Shown here in pieces: positions 26,337-39,201 of a DNA stretch of 53,726 bases (positions are counted from its first letter, which is position 1; each line of letters begins with the position of its first letter). The DNA comes from an uncultured Streptomycetaceae bacterium (lineage in GTDB: Bacteria > Pseudomonadota > Gammaproteobacteria > Burkholderiales > SG8-41): contig CAYYZZ010000001.1 in the NCBI GenBank assembly GCA_964476235.1, positions 1-53,726 of the forward strand, read 5' to 3'. The notes under the pieces were generated by a model. That model ran no database searches, had not been told where the DNA came from, and was given only the letters and a program-made list of their open reading frames with translations. The position numbers and the translations under genes were made by a program.

Positions 26337-27011
26337 ATGGCGATGAATCGAATCTCGCGCAGAGTCTGGCTATTACGCACGGCCGCGGGCGCCGCTGCAC
26401 TCGCTGCGGGAATGGCGCAATTGCGCCTCGCGCTGGGGGCAGAGGTCGCGGCCCAGGGCGTTGCCCGGGTGCGGGGCGAAGTGCTGATCGGGGGCAAACC
26501 CGCGGTCCGGGGGATGGAGGTCAGGCCCGGCGACGTGATCACCACGGGGCGCCGGGCGGAGCTCGTCTACGTTGCCGGACGCGACGCGTTCCTGGCCCGC
26601 TCCGGCTCGCGCATCGAGCTCTCGGGTGCCGCAACCCAGGCCGTCGTCAGCGGCCTGCGCCTGGTGACGGGAGCGTTGCTTTCGGTATTCGAATCGGGCA
26701 GGCCCAGGCGCATCCAGACCGCGACGGCGACGATCGGCATCCGCGGCACCGGCATCTACGTCGAGGTCCAGAAAATGCGCACCTACGCCTGCACCTGCTA
26801 TGGCGAGGCTGAGCTCGTGCCGGTGGACGAGCCGAAGGAGGCCGAGACGGTGCGCACTACCCATCACGATCAGCCGCGCTACATTTATCCCAAGGGCATG
26901 CCGCGCATGATCGAGCAGGCGCCCGTGATCAACCATACCGACGCCGAGCTGATCCTGCTCGAGAGCCTGGTCGGGCGTCAGGTGCCGTTCGACCCCAAGA
27001 CCTACCCGTGA
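26337..27011 (+). CDS. exported hypothetical protein, possibly FecR-domain-like
   Basis: Start set at MAMNRISRRVWLLRTAAGAAALAAG (Tat/Sec-like signal). The beta-rich middle (VRGEVLIGGKPAVRGMEVRPGDVITTG) resembles FecR-type domains, weakly. Confidence 0.45.
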   Translation: MAMNRISRRVWLLRTAAGAAALAAGMAQLRLALGAEVAAQGVARVRGEVLIGGKPAVRGMEVRPGDVITTGRRAELVYVAGRDAFLARSGSRIELSGAATQAVVSGLRLVTGALLSVFESGRPRRIQTATATIGIRGTGIYVEVQKMRTYACTCYGEAELVPVDEPKEAETVRTTHHDQPRYIYPKGMPRMIEQAPVINHTDAELILLESLVGRQVPFDPKTYP

Positions 27012-27712
27012 CGATCAAGCTCTATCAGTTCCGGCCCGCGTTCGGGCTGCCGAACGCGAGCCCGTTCTGCATGAAGGTGGAGACCTACCTGCGCATGGCG
27101 GGTCTCGCCTTTGAATGCCCGCGCGGCGGCGATCTGCGCAAGTCGCCGAAAGGCAAGATGCCGTACATCGAGGATGAAGGCGCGGTCGTCGCGGACTCCT
27201 CTTTCATCATCGATCACCTGAAGCGCAAGTACGGCGATCCGCTCGACTCGCACCTCGACGCCGCCGGCCGTGCGGCCGCGCTCGCGGTGCAGCGCCTGTT
27301 CGAGGAAAACACTTACTGGGCGGTGCTGTATTTCCGCTGGTTCGAGGAGGCGGGCTGGGCGCTCACGCGCGAGGCTTTCTTCGACTGGATGAAGCCGCCG
27401 CTCAGGTGGATCGTGCCGATGGTCGCCCGGCGACTGGTGCGAAAGGAGCTGTACGGCCACGGCATGGGGCGGCACACGCGCGAGGAGATTGTCGCGATCG
27501 GCATGAAGGATCTCACCGCGGCCGCCGATTTTCTCGGAGACAAGCCATTTTTCATGGGCGCGCAACCTTCATCGCTGGATGCGACGGCGTACGCCTTTCT
27601 CGCCAATGTGCTGTGGGTGCCGGTCGAATCACCGCTCAAGGCACACGCGCAGCAATACCCGCCGCTGGAAGCCTACTGCCGGCGGATGAAGGAACGGTAC
27701 TACAAGAAATGA
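27008..27712 (+). CDS. glutathione S-transferase family protein
   Basis: The GTG start overlaps the preceding stop (GTGA). KLYQFRPAFGLPNASPFCMKVETYLRMAGL is a thioredoxin-like GST N-domain, followed by a helical C-domain. Confidence 0.75.
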   Translation: MTIKLYQFRPAFGLPNASPFCMKVETYLRMAGLAFECPRGGDLRKSPKGKMPYIEDEGAVVADSSFIIDHLKRKYGDPLDSHLDAAGRAAALAVQRLFEENTYWAVLYFRWFEEAGWALTREAFFDWMKPPLRWIVPMVARRLVRKELYGHGMGRHTREEIVAIGMKDLTAAADFLGDKPFFMGAQPSSLDATAYAFLANVLWVPVESPLKAHAQQYPPLEAYCRRMKERYYKK

Positions 27713-27795
27713 TGAATGCGAAATGATGAATGCTGAACAGAGGCCGCCAGTCGTTTACTTCATTTCATCATTCATAATTCATCGTTCATCATTCC
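27706..27795. repeat. inverted heptamer array (unit GAATGAT/GAATGCG; arms TGA-phased / TCA-phased)
   Basis: Left arm is AAATGAT GAATGCG AAATGAT GAATGCT. Right arm is TCATTTC ATCATTC ATAATTC ATCGTTC ATCATTC. The arms contain the stop codons of the convergent GST (27710) and MFS (27789) genes. Confidence 0.85.
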
Positions 27796-29036
27796 TGGAT
27801 AATTCCCAGCTTCACGTAGATCGGCCGGATGTGGCTGCGTAGCTCGGGCAGCCGCCGCCACAGCCAGAGCGCGGTGAGCATGCAGGCGAGGCCGCCCGCC
27901 GCGAGCGTGTGCGTGGCGCCGATCCAGGATGCCGCCGCCCCCGCGGCGAGACTGCCCAGCGGAAACATGCCGAGGAAAGCCACGACGAACATGCCCAGCA
28001 CGCGCCCGCGCATGCGGTCGTCGACGATGGTCTGGACGATGGTTGATACGCCCATTGCCACGGTCAGCGCGGTCAGGCCGACGATCGCGATCATGGCGAG
28101 CGATAGCGCGAACGAGGTCGAGTAGGCAAACACCACCAGCGCGGCACCGGCGGCGCAGGCCGAGGCGGCAATCCAGTTCATGAGGCCGCGCACGTCCTTG
28201 CGCGAAGCGAGCAGGAGCATCCCGGCTATGCCGCCCAGGCCGGCCGCGCCGATCAGGAAACCGAGCGTGTCCGCACCGCCCGCAAAAACTTCCGCGGCGA
28301 AGATCGGCATCAGTGTCTGGTACGGGCTCGCCATGAAGCTCACCACGGCCACGGCGGGGAAGAGCAGGCGCAGCGGCACGGAGTTCCAGGTGTAGGCGAT
28401 GCCTTCCTTGAGGCTGCCCCATATCGAGAACGAGGCGCGGGGACGTGCGGTGGGCGTAACCGTCATCATCATCAGTGTCGCCACCGCCGCGATCTTGCTC
28501 ACGCCGTTGACGAGAAAGCACACCGCCTCACTGGAGGCGGCAATCAGCAGGCCCGCGATGGTGGGGCCGAGCATACGCCCGCCGTTCTGCATCAGCGCGT
28601 TGAAGGCGATGGCGCTCGGCAGGTCCTCGCGGGCCGGCACCATCTCGGGCGTGAAGGACTGCCGCACCGGAACATCGACCGCCATGATGACGCCGAAGAA
28701 GCCGGCCATGACGACGATGTGCCAGACCTCGATTGCGTCCGAGTAGGCGAGCGCGGCGAGTGCGAATCCCGGCACCATCGCCGCGGCCTGGGTCCAGAGC
28801 AGGAGCTTTCTGCGATCGACGCGGTCGGCCCACAGGCCGCCGAATGGGGCGAGCACGAGGATTGCGATCTGGCTTGCGAAGCCGGTAACGCCCAGCAGCC
28901 AGGCCGAGCCGGTCAGCCGGTAAACCAGCCAGCTCATGGCGAGATGCTGGATCCAGTTGCCCAGGACGGCGAGCGACTGGCCGTAAAAGAACAGCCGGTA
29001 GTTGCGGTGGCGGAACGCGCGCAGCGAGTGGATCAT
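27789..29036 (-). CDS. MFS transporter
   Basis: 415 aa with about 12 hydrophobic helices and an MFS-type N-terminus (FRHRNYRLFFYGQSLAVLGNW). Confidence 0.85.
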   Translation of the reverse strand: MIHSLRAFRHRNYRLFFYGQSLAVLGNWIQHLAMSWLVYRLTGSAWLLGVTGFASQIAILVLAPFGGLWADRVDRRKLLLWTQAAAMVPGFALAALAYSDAIEVWHIVVMAGFFGVIMAVDVPVRQSFTPEMVPAREDLPSAIAFNALMQNGGRMLGPTIAGLLIAASSEAVCFLVNGVSKIAAVATLMMMTVTPTARPRASFSIWGSLKEGIAYTWNSVPLRLLFPAVAVVSFMASPYQTLMPIFAAEVFAGGADTLGFLIGAAGLGGIAGMLLLASRKDVRGLMNWIAASACAAGAALVVFAYSTSFALSLAMIAIVGLTALTVAMGVSTIVQTIVDDRMRGRVLGMFVVAFLGMFPLGSLAAGAAASWIGATHTLAAGGLACMLTALWLWRRLPELRSHIRPIYVKLGIIQE

Positions 29037-29048
29037 CTTTTGATGATG

Positions 29049-29195
29049 CGTGACTGGTACAGCGTGACTGATGCTACGTGACTGGTACAGCGTGACTGGT
29101 GCAGCGATGTTCGCTGTTCAACAACGCCTATAAGCCACGCCTCGTCAGTCACGATTTATCAGTCACGCCCTATCAGTCACGTTGCTTCAGTCACG
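29049..29195. repeat. phased inverted array: 4x GTGACTG and 4x CAGTCAC, each with 14-nt period
   Basis: GTGACTG lies at 29050, 29064, 29078 and 29092. CAGTCAC lies at 29146, 29160, 29174 and 29188. Confidence 0.9.
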
Positions 29196-29200
29196 CTTCA

Positions 29201-32659
<3,459 letters not shown>

Positions 32660-32672
32660 CAGGCCGGCTTCG

Positions 32673-32760
32673 GAGTGTTGAGTGTTGAGTGTTGAGTGTT
32701 GAATCGTTTCATGCGAGTTGTGCCTGGTAACTCAACACTCAAAATTCAAAACTAAGCACT
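32673..32760. repeat. inverted heptamer array (unit GAGTGTT)
   Basis: 4x GAGTGTT plus GAATCGT on the left. ACTCAAC ACTCAAA ATTCAAA ACTAAGC on the right, which contains the holC stop (32752). Confidence 0.85.
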
Positions 32761-33180
32761 GGTTTTGCTGAGGTCGTGCGTGCGGATCTCGTAGCCGCGG
32801 TCGCGATAGAAGCGGAAGCGTTCGCGGGCCGTGGCGCGATCGCCGTCCTCGCGGCTGACGATCTCGATCAGGCGCTGGAAGCGGCCGAAGAAGGGCGGCC
32901 ACTCCGGACGGAGGTTGATCAGCACCTCGTCGTGCAGCATCTTCTCGCCCTGGCAGTCGACGATGACCGGCGTCTCCCCGGCCAGCGCATCGTCGGGGGC
33001 GCAATGCGGCACGAACCCGATCGGAGGCGTCGTCCACAGCAGCCGGTCGAAACGATGCGCGGTGTCGGGGTCGGGGCAGAAGACGGTGACCTTGAGCCCG
33101 TGCGCGAACGCCTTGGCCGAGAGCTGGCAGGCGATGCGCAGCTTGTCCTCGACGTGGGTGTAAAAATCAATTTGCGTCAT
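32752..33180 (-). CDS. holC: DNA polymerase III subunit chi
   Basis: 142 aa starting MTQIDFYTH...RLLWT. Its position between pepA and valS matches E. coli. Confidence 0.85.
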   Translation of the reverse strand: MTQIDFYTHVEDKLRIACQLSAKAFAHGLKVTVFCPDPDTAHRFDRLLWTTPPIGFVPHCAPDDALAGETPVIVDCQGEKMLHDEVLINLRPEWPPFFGRFQRLIEIVSREDGDRATARERFRFYRDRGYEIRTHDLSKTSA

Positions 33181-33191
33181 GAGCGCTACGC

Positions 33192-33287
33192 GAGTGTTAA
33201 ATGTTTAATTTTGAGTGTTGAGTTATCGCCAGTTCCGCTGACGCAGCCAGGAAACAACTCAACATTAAGCACTCAACATTCAACACT
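33192..33287. repeat. inverted heptamer array (unit GAGTGTT family)
   Basis: GAGTGTT AAATGTT TAATTTT GAGTGTT GAGTTAT on the left. ...CAACTC AACATTA AGCACTC AACATTC AACACTA on the right, which overlaps the pepA stop (33286). Confidence 0.85.
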
Positions 33288-34776
33288 ATCTTTTCCCGGC
33301 GCGATTGACGAGGAACTGTGTCAGTAACGGCACCGGGCGGCCAGTCGCGCCTTTTTCCTTGCCGCTCTTCCAGGCGGTGCCCGCGATGTCGAGGTGCGCC
33401 CATTTGAATTTCTTCGTGAAGCGGGCGAGGAAGCACGCCGCCGTCACCGCGCCGGCGGGGCGCCCGCCGATGTTGGCGAAGTCGGCGAAGTTGCTCTTCA
33501 ATTGCTCCTGGTAATCGTCCCACAGGGGCATGCGCCAGACGCGGTCATGCGAGGTGTCGGCCGCGGAGGCGACTTCGCGCGCGAGCATGTCGTCGTTGGC
33601 GAAGAGCCCGCTCGCGACATGGCCGAGGGCGATCACGCAGGCGCCGGTGAGCGTCGCGATGTCGATTACCGCGGCGGGCTGGAAACGCTCGACGTAAGTC
33701 AGCGCATCGCACAGGATCAGCCGGCCCTCGGCATCGGTGTTCAGGATTTCCACGGTCTGGCCGGACAGGCTCTTGACGATATCGCCCGGCCGGGTCGCGC
33801 GCCCTCCCGGCATGTTCTCGGTGGCCGGGATGACGCCCACCACGTTGAGCGTTAGCTTCATCTCTCCCACCGCCTTCATGGTGCCGAGCACGCTGGCCGC
33901 GCCGCACATGTCGAACTTCATCTCATCCATCTCGGCCGCCGGCTTCAACGAGATGCCGCCGGTGTCGAAGGTGATGCCTTTGCCGACGAGCACGACCGGC
34001 TTCTTCGTCTTCGGGCCGCCGCGATGCTCGAGCGTGATGAACTTCGGCGGCTGGGCGCTGCCCTGGGCGACCGACAGCAGGGTGTGCATGCCCAGTCTCT
34101 CCATGTCCGCCCGCTCGAGCACCGTCACCTTCATGCGGTAGCGTTTGGCCAGCCCGCGCGCCTCGCTGGCGAGATAGGACGGCGTGCAGACATTGGGCGG
34201 CAGGTTGCCGAGGTCCTTGGCAAGGCTCATCCCGTGCGCGATGGCGAGCCCTTGCTCGAGCCCGGCCGCGGCGCGCTTGGCAGCCGCGCGATCGACCTTG
34301 AGGACGAGCCGGTGCAGCGCGGGCTCCGCGGCGTCGCTCTTGCTTTTCATCCGGGTGAATCGGTAGCTGCATTCGCGCGCCACCGTTACCGCATGCGCGA
34401 CCTTCCACGCGGCGTCGCGCCGGCCGACGGCGAGCTCGGGCAGGTGGAGCGTGGCTTCTTCCGCGCCGGTTGCGTTCAGCGCGCGGACCGCCGCGGCGAC
34501 CGCTTCGCGGTACTGCTTCTCGCGGAAATCGGCTTCGCGCCCGAGACCCACCAGCATCACGCGCTCGGCGGCGATACCGGGCACGTTGCGGAGCAGCAGC
34601 GTCGTGCCGGCCTTGCCCGTCATGTCGCCGCGGCGCACGACGCTGGCGAGGTGGCCCTTCGCCGCGCGGTCGAGGCCCGCTGCGGCGGCGGACAGCTTGC
34701 GCGGCTCGAACACGCCCGCGACCACGCAATCATTGCGGCCCGCCTGCGGCGCGCCGCTATTTATGCTAAATTCCAC
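33286..34776 (-). CDS. pepA: leucyl aminopeptidase
   Basis: 496 aa with a GTG start. [16 protein letters not shown] and NTDAEGRL motifs. Confidence 0.95.
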   Translation of the reverse strand: MEFSINSGAPQAGRNDCVVAGVFEPRKLSAAAAGLDRAAKGHLASVVRRGDMTGKAGTTLLLRNVPGIAAERVMLVGLGREADFREKQYREAVAAAVRALNATGAEEATLHLPELAVGRRDAAWKVAHAVTVARECSYRFTRMKSKSDAAEPALHRLVLKVDRAAAKRAAAGLEQGLAIAHGMSLAKDLGNLPPNVCTPSYLASEARGLAKRYRMKVTVLERADMERLGMHTLLSVAQGSAQPPKFITLEHRGGPKTKKPVVLVGKGITFDTGGISLKPAAEMDEMKFDMCGAASVLGTMKAVGEMKLTLNVVGVIPATENMPGGRATRPGDIVKSLSGQTVEILNTDAEGRLILCDALTYVERFQPAAVIDIATLTGACVIALGHVASGLFANDDMLAREVASAADTSHDRVWRMPLWDDYQEQLKSNFADFANIGGRPAGAVTAACFLARFTKKFKWAHLDIAGTAWKSGKEKGATGRPVPLLTQFLVNRAGKR

Positions 34777-34819
34777 TGTGGGCTCCCTGTCGGGTTAGAT
34801 CTCTGATTATTTGCGTATT

Positions 34820-34961
34820 CTAGCAGCCTGTCGGACTCGATCGAATGAGCGCTATTAGGTCCGTCACGGGAGTTGCTCATTGCGGCGCCGGAGCCGACAG
34901 GCTCAACACGGATCGTTTCCATTTTACAGTTTGTCGGGGTAAACGCCCGACAAACTGCTAG
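34820..34961. mobile_element. MITE/REP-like element (copy 2), abutting the lptF start codon
   Basis: The left end CTAGCAGCCTGTCGGAC is identical to copy 1. The right end is CAGTTTGTCGGG-GTAAACG-CCCGACAAACTG-CTAG, immediately followed by ATG 34962. Confidence 0.55.
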
Positions 34962-36044
34962 ATGATCTTCCGCAGCGCACTGTTGCGCGAGCTGGCGGCC
35001 GCCGCGGTCGCGACGTTTTTCGTGCTGCTTGGCATCGTGATCACCATGCTGCTCGTGCGGCTGCTCGGCCAGGCGGCGAGCGGCGCCATCACCACCACCG
35101 GCGTTGCCGTGCTGATGGGCTTCGCGATCCTAAACTACCTCCCGGTGCTGTTCTCGCTCACGCTCTTCATCGCGGTGCTGATGACGCTCACGCGCAGCTA
35201 CCGCGACTCCGAAATGGTGGTGTGGTTCTCGTGTGGAATGAGCATCACCGAATGGATACGGCCGGTGATGACGTTCGCCGCCCCGGTCGTGCTGATCATC
35301 GCGCTGTTGTCGATGGTATTGTCGCCATGGGCCGTGACCAACAGCGAGGAGTTGCGGCGCCAGATGGACAGCCGCGATGATGTCTCGGCCGTCTCGCCCG
35401 GCGTGTTCCGCGAATCGCGCCAGGCCCAGCGCGTCTATTTCGTGGAGGAGGTCTCCGGCAGCGCAAACCTGGTCGCCAACGTGTTCGTGAGTTCCGTGCA
35501 GCACGGCAAGCAAGGCGTCATGGTGGCGGCGCGCGGCTTCCAGGAGACCGCGGAGAACGGGGACCGCTTTCTGGTGCTGCTGAACGGGCGGCGCTACGAG
35601 GGCGAGCCGGGCTCGGCGGATTACAAGATCTACGAGTTCCAGCGTTACGCGATGCGCGTCGATGCATTCGATGGGCGCGCGCAGCGCGCCCCCACCACCA
35701 AGTCGCTGGCTACGCTCGACCTGCTGCGCGATCCGACGCCGCCCAATCTGGCCGAGCTCTCGTGGCGCATCGGCCTGCCGGCGAGCGCGCTGATCCTGAC
35801 GCTGCTGGCGATCCCGCTATCGTTCGTCAATCCGCGGGCAGGGCGCTCCATGAACCTGGTGCTGGCGCTGCTGATCTACATGGCCTACAACAACCTGCTG
35901 TCGATCACCCAGGCTTCCATCGCGCAATCCCGGATCCCGCTCGCGGTGGGCCTGCTGGGCGTGCATGCCCTGATGCTGGCGATCCTGGCCGCGCTGTTCT
36001 ACCGGCGTCTCATGGTGTTCTCGCTGTTCCGTCTCGTGCGATGA
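34962..36044 (+). CDS. lptF: LPS export ABC transporter permease LptF
   Basis: 360 aa YjgP/YjgQ-family membrane protein, divergent from pepA as in E. coli. Confidence 0.9.
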   Translation: MIFRSALLRELAAAAVATFFVLLGIVITMLLVRLLGQAASGAITTTGVAVLMGFAILNYLPVLFSLTLFIAVLMTLTRSYRDSEMVVWFSCGMSITEWIRPVMTFAAPVVLIIALLSMVLSPWAVTNSEELRRQMDSRDDVSAVSPGVFRESRQAQRVYFVEEVSGSANLVANVFVSSVQHGKQGVMVAARGFQETAENGDRFLVLLNGRRYEGEPGSADYKIYEFQRYAMRVDAFDGRAQRAPTTKSLATLDLLRDPTPPNLAELSWRIGLPASALILTLLAIPLSFVNPRAGRSMNLVLALLIYMAYNNLLSITQASIAQSRIPLAVGLLGVHALMLAILAALFYRRLMVFSLFRLVR

Positions 36045-36065
36045 AGGCCCGATGAGGAACCGTCA

Positions 36066-37139
36066 ATGAGAACGCTGAGGCGCTACCTCGCGACGGAGAT
36101 CGTGGCGGCGACGGCCCTGGTGTTCGCCGCCCTGGTAATGCTGTTCGCATTCTTCGATCTGGTCGAGCAGATCAAGGATCTTGGGCGTGGCGTCTACACC
36201 ATGCGCCGCATCCTGATCTATGTGCTGCTGTCCATGCCGGATCACGTCTACGCCTTGTTCCCGGTCGCCGCGCTGATCGGGACGCTGTTCGCGCTCGCGC
36301 AACTGGTGGCGGGTTCGGAGTACACCGTGATGCGGACCTCGGGCGTGTCCACCGCGCGCTTCGCGGCAACGCTCGCCATGATCGGCTGCTTCTTCGCGGC
36401 GCTGACTTTCGTGATCGGCGAGTTTGTCGCGCCGCCCGCGGAGCAGCTCGCGCAGCGCGTGCGTTCCCAGTCCATCACCGGGCTGGTGGCGCAGGAATTC
36501 CGCTCCGGCCTGTGGATCAAGGACGACAAGAGCTTCATCAACGTGGTCGAGGTGCTGCCGGACTCCACGCTGCGGGGCGTCCGGATCTACGAGTTCGACG
36601 GCGAGTACCGGCTGCGCTCGATCAGCTACGCCCAGCGCGGCGCCTACCAGAGCGACCGGCGCTGGCTGCTGCAGGACGTCTCCCAGACCCGCTTCGAGGG
36701 CATGCGGGCATCGGTGCACGAGATCCCGGAAATGAGATGGCAATCGGTGCTCGAGCCGGATCTCATCAACGTGCTGCTGGTCAAGCCCGAGCAGATGTCG
36801 GCGTGGAACCTCTATTCCTACACCCAGCACTTGAAGGACAACCGCCAGAAGGCGCTGCGCTACGAGATCGCGCTGTGGACCAAGCTCACCTATCCGCTGG
36901 CGGTGGTGGTGATGATGGTGCTGGCGCTGCCGTTCGCGTACTTCCAGGGCAGGCAGGCAGGCGTGGGCGCCAAGATTTTCGCCGGCATCATGCTCGGGAT
37001 CACGTTCCACTTCCTCAACCGCCTGTTTTCCCACCTGGGGTTGTTGAACGACTGGCCGCCCGTTATGAGCGCGCTCATGCCCACGGTGACCTTCCTCGCC
37101 GTCGCGATGGGGATGATGTGGTGGCAGGAGCGGCGTTAG
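36066..37139 (+). CDS. lptG: LPS export ABC transporter permease LptG
   Basis: 357 aa, paralogous to lptF and immediately downstream of it. Confidence 0.9.
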   Translation: MRTLRRYLATEIVAATALVFAALVMLFAFFDLVEQIKDLGRGVYTMRRILIYVLLSMPDHVYALFPVAALIGTLFALAQLVAGSEYTVMRTSGVSTARFAATLAMIGCFFAALTFVIGEFVAPPAEQLAQRVRSQSITGLVAQEFRSGLWIKDDKSFINVVEVLPDSTLRGVRIYEFDGEYRLRSISYAQRGAYQSDRRWLLQDVSQTRFEGMRASVHEIPEMRWQSVLEPDLINVLLVKPEQMSAWNLYSYTQHLKDNRQKALRYEIALWTKLTYPLAVVVMMVLALPFAYFQGRQAGVGAKIFAGIMLGITFHFLNRLFSHLGLLNDWPPVMSALMPTVTFLAVAMGMMWWQERR

Positions 37140-37145
37140 CACGCC

Positions 37146-37223
37146 GAATGATGAATGCGGAATGCGGAATGATGAATTGAGCCGCGATCTTAATTCATAA
37201 TTCATCACTCATCATTCATAATT
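37146..37223. repeat. inverted heptamer array (unit GAATGAT/GAATGCG, same unit as 27706)
   Basis: GAATGAT GAATGCG GAATGCG GAATGAT GAATTGA on the left. TAATTCA TAATTCA TCACTCA TCATTCA TAATT on the right, which encodes the last codons (IMNDE) and the stop of the RDD gene. Confidence 0.85.
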
Positions 37224-37639
37224 ATCTTTGTTCCCGCCAGCCGGTCGTGAAGAAATAAACTCTCGCGGTCCGCCAGCGCCCACAGGAATCCTGCGCCCAG
37301 CAACAGCGTTCCGGGGAGCGCGAAGACAAACCGCTTCGAGGCGTGCTTCCAGGTGAGCGGCGTGCCGTCGCGGGTGACGAGCCGCAGGCGCCAGGTCTTC
37401 ATCGCGAGCGTGCGTCCGCCGCGCCGCCACTGCCAGATGAAGTAGGCGCCGGTCAATGCGACGAGATAGAGCTGGAACAGCGGGCGGGTCAGGCCCCGGC
37501 CCGTCTCTTGCGTCAGCATCGCGAAGGGCAGCGCGCCGGCGAGCAGCAGCGCGGTGAGCAGCAGCACTTCGTAGACCAGGGCCAGCGCGCGCCGCGCAAG
37601 GCTGGCGGGTGGCGCCCCGTTGTCATCGGGAGGGCGCAT
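37205..37639 (-). CDS. RDD-family membrane protein
   Basis: 144 aa with ~3 TM helices, an RR..AL..Y..LL N-terminus and R..D..D spacing typical of RDD proteins. Confidence 0.7.
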   Translation of the reverse strand: MRPPDDNGAPPASLARRALALVYEVLLLTALLLAGALPFAMLTQETGRGLTRPLFQLYLVALTGAYFIWQWRRGGRTLAMKTWRLRLVTRDGTPLTWKHASKRFVFALPGTLLLGAGFLWALADRESLFLHDRLAGTKIIMNDE

Positions 37640-37661
37640 CGTTTCGGGGGAAGGCGCGAGG

Positions 37662-38186
37662 CTACTGTGGCGCAGCCGGCGCCGGCGCCCCGGCGGTTGC
37701 GGTTCCCGCAGGCGGGGGTGTCGCCGCCGGCGACTCGGCGGACTGCGGTTCCGGCGGCGCCGGCGGGTCCGACGGGGACAGCTCGGGCTGGGTGGCGCGC
37801 GATTGCTGATACTGCTTCCACTGGGCCGCGACTTCCCGGCGCTTGTCGGGCGGCAGCTTCTGCAGCCTCTGGTATTTCTCGCGGGCCGCCTTGCGTTCTT
37901 CCGGCGTGAGCTTGGCCCACGCGGTCATGTTTTTTTGCAGGCGCTGCTGCTCCTGCGGCTTCATCTTGGGGTAACGCGCGGCGATGGCGACCCACTTCTT
38001 GCGCCGCGTCGCGTCCAAGCCATCCCACTCCGGCGCGAGCGGCGCGAGGATTTTCTGGTGCGCGGGCGCCAACTCCGACCAGGCGGGCCGGACCGGCTTC
38101 CTGACGTCCTTGTCTTTATTTTGCGCAGCGACTGCCGGGAACGCGAGACATAGCCAGACGGTCAGCGCGACGAACGCTTGAGCCAT
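37662..38186 (-). CDS. DUF3106-like exported protein
   Basis: Signal peptide followed by repeated W..L.P.E+..(R/K) helices (WSELAPAHQKIL, WAKLTPEERKAAREKY). Confidence 0.7.
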   Translation of the reverse strand: MAQAFVALTVWLCLAFPAVAAQNKDKDVRKPVRPAWSELAPAHQKILAPLAPEWDGLDATRRKKWVAIAARYPKMKPQEQQRLQKNMTAWAKLTPEERKAAREKYQRLQKLPPDKRREVAAQWKQYQQSRATQPELSPSDPPAPPEPQSAESPAATPPPAGTATAGAPAPAAPQ

Positions 38187-38551
38187 GAATCGAAGCCCTT
38201 GTCGAGATAGGCGTTGATCGGCAGTTCGTCGGTGAGCAGCCCGGTGTCAATCTCGGCCAGCTCGTTCGTCGCGCCGTTGCTTTGCCAGTAGGCGATACCC
38301 ACCAGCGCAGCCACGAGCGCCGAGATCGCGACCAGTTGGCGGGTGTTGGTGTAGCGCTGTTCGGTGATGCGCGCCACCGCCTGTCCGGCCCATGCCAGGC
38401 CGGTTACCGTCACGGGCTGCTCGCGGTACTGCGACAAGGCGGCCCTGCGCGCAGCGAGCAAGCGCTCGCGCGTGCCGGGCCCGAGTTGGTCCACGCCGTA
38501 GTCGAGGTGCTGGACGATCTTGCCCGCCAGTTCGTGTTCCGGCTGGTTCAT
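38162..38551 (-). CDS. DUF3619-like single-pass membrane protein (candidate anti-sigma partner)
   Basis: Start set at MNQPEHELAGKIV. Its ATG overlaps the sigma-factor stop (ATGA at 38548-38551). It has one central TM helix. Confidence 0.65.
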   Translation of the reverse strand: MNQPEHELAGKIVQHLDYGVDQLGPGTRERLLAARRAALSQYREQPVTVTGLAWAGQAVARITEQRYTNTRQLVAISALVAALVGIAYWQSNGATNELAEIDTGLLTDELPINAYLDKGFDSWLKRSSR

Positions 38552-39201
38552 AGCTTTATCCCCTGTTTTTTGAGCATCGCCGCAAGGGCGCGAGTCGCCC
38601 GCGAGCAGTGTGTTTTCACACTTCCCTCCGAGCAACCCATTATTGTTGCCGCCTCTGCGACATTCAGTTCCTCCCAGTAACGCAACAGGAAGGCCTCGCG
38701 TTGACGTGATGGCAGCTTCTCCAGAGATTTCTCAATTAAAGCAAGTACTTGCGATCGCTCCAGTTGTTCCGCCGGGGGCTCCGAGAATTTGGAGTCGTCC
38801 TCCACTTCCAAAGTTTCCAGCGGATCGGCGTCGCTCTCGGACTCGGAGCCGAACAGGCTCGACACGGGTATCGTCCACAGCGCGCGCACCTTCTGCCGCC
38901 GGTAGAAGTCCCGTATGGTGTTCTGCAGGATGCGCTGGAACAGCAAGGGCAGTTCGGGAGCGGGGCGCGCGCAGTATTTTTCCGTGAGCTTCAGCATGGC
39001 GTCCTGCACGATATCCAGCGCAGTGTGATCATCCCGCACCGCGAACAGCGCTTGTTTGTAGGCGCGGCGCTCGACTTCTGCGAAAAAATCCGACAGTTCT
39101 TTTTGAGTGGCCAGAGGACTCGCCTCGGTTGGAGCTGGCGGCTGCGGCGGCGCAGCCCACGGGACGCGCCCCTTCGCGCTCATCGCCGGGGTCCGGGGCA
39201 T
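38548..39201 (-). CDS. ECF (RpoE-like) RNA polymerase sigma factor
   Basis: Sigma-70 region 2 (ALDIVQDAMLKL...FQRILQNTIRDFYRRQ) and region 4 (LPSRQREAFLLRYWEELNVAEAATIMGCSEGSVKTH). The true start may be the internal Met (MSAKG). Confidence 0.88.
   Translation of the reverse strand: MPRTPAMSAKGRVPWAAPPQPPAPTEASPLATQKELSDFFAEVERRAYKQALFAVRDDHTALDIVQDAMLKLTEKYCARPAPELPLLFQRILQNTIRDFYRRQKVRALWTIPVSSLFGSESESDADPLETLEVEDDSKFSEPPAEQLERSQVLALIEKSLEKLPSRQREAFLLRYWEELNVAEAATIMGCSEGSVKTHCSRATRALAAMLKKQGIKL

Noticed and set aside
26120-26545. Upstream 142 codons of the 282-aa ORF, including the SNEGSNEGSN repeat.
   Set aside because: The repeat is the translation of an intergenic tandem 12-mer. The segment overlaps the divergent gene's start region, so the internal Met at 26119 was chosen.
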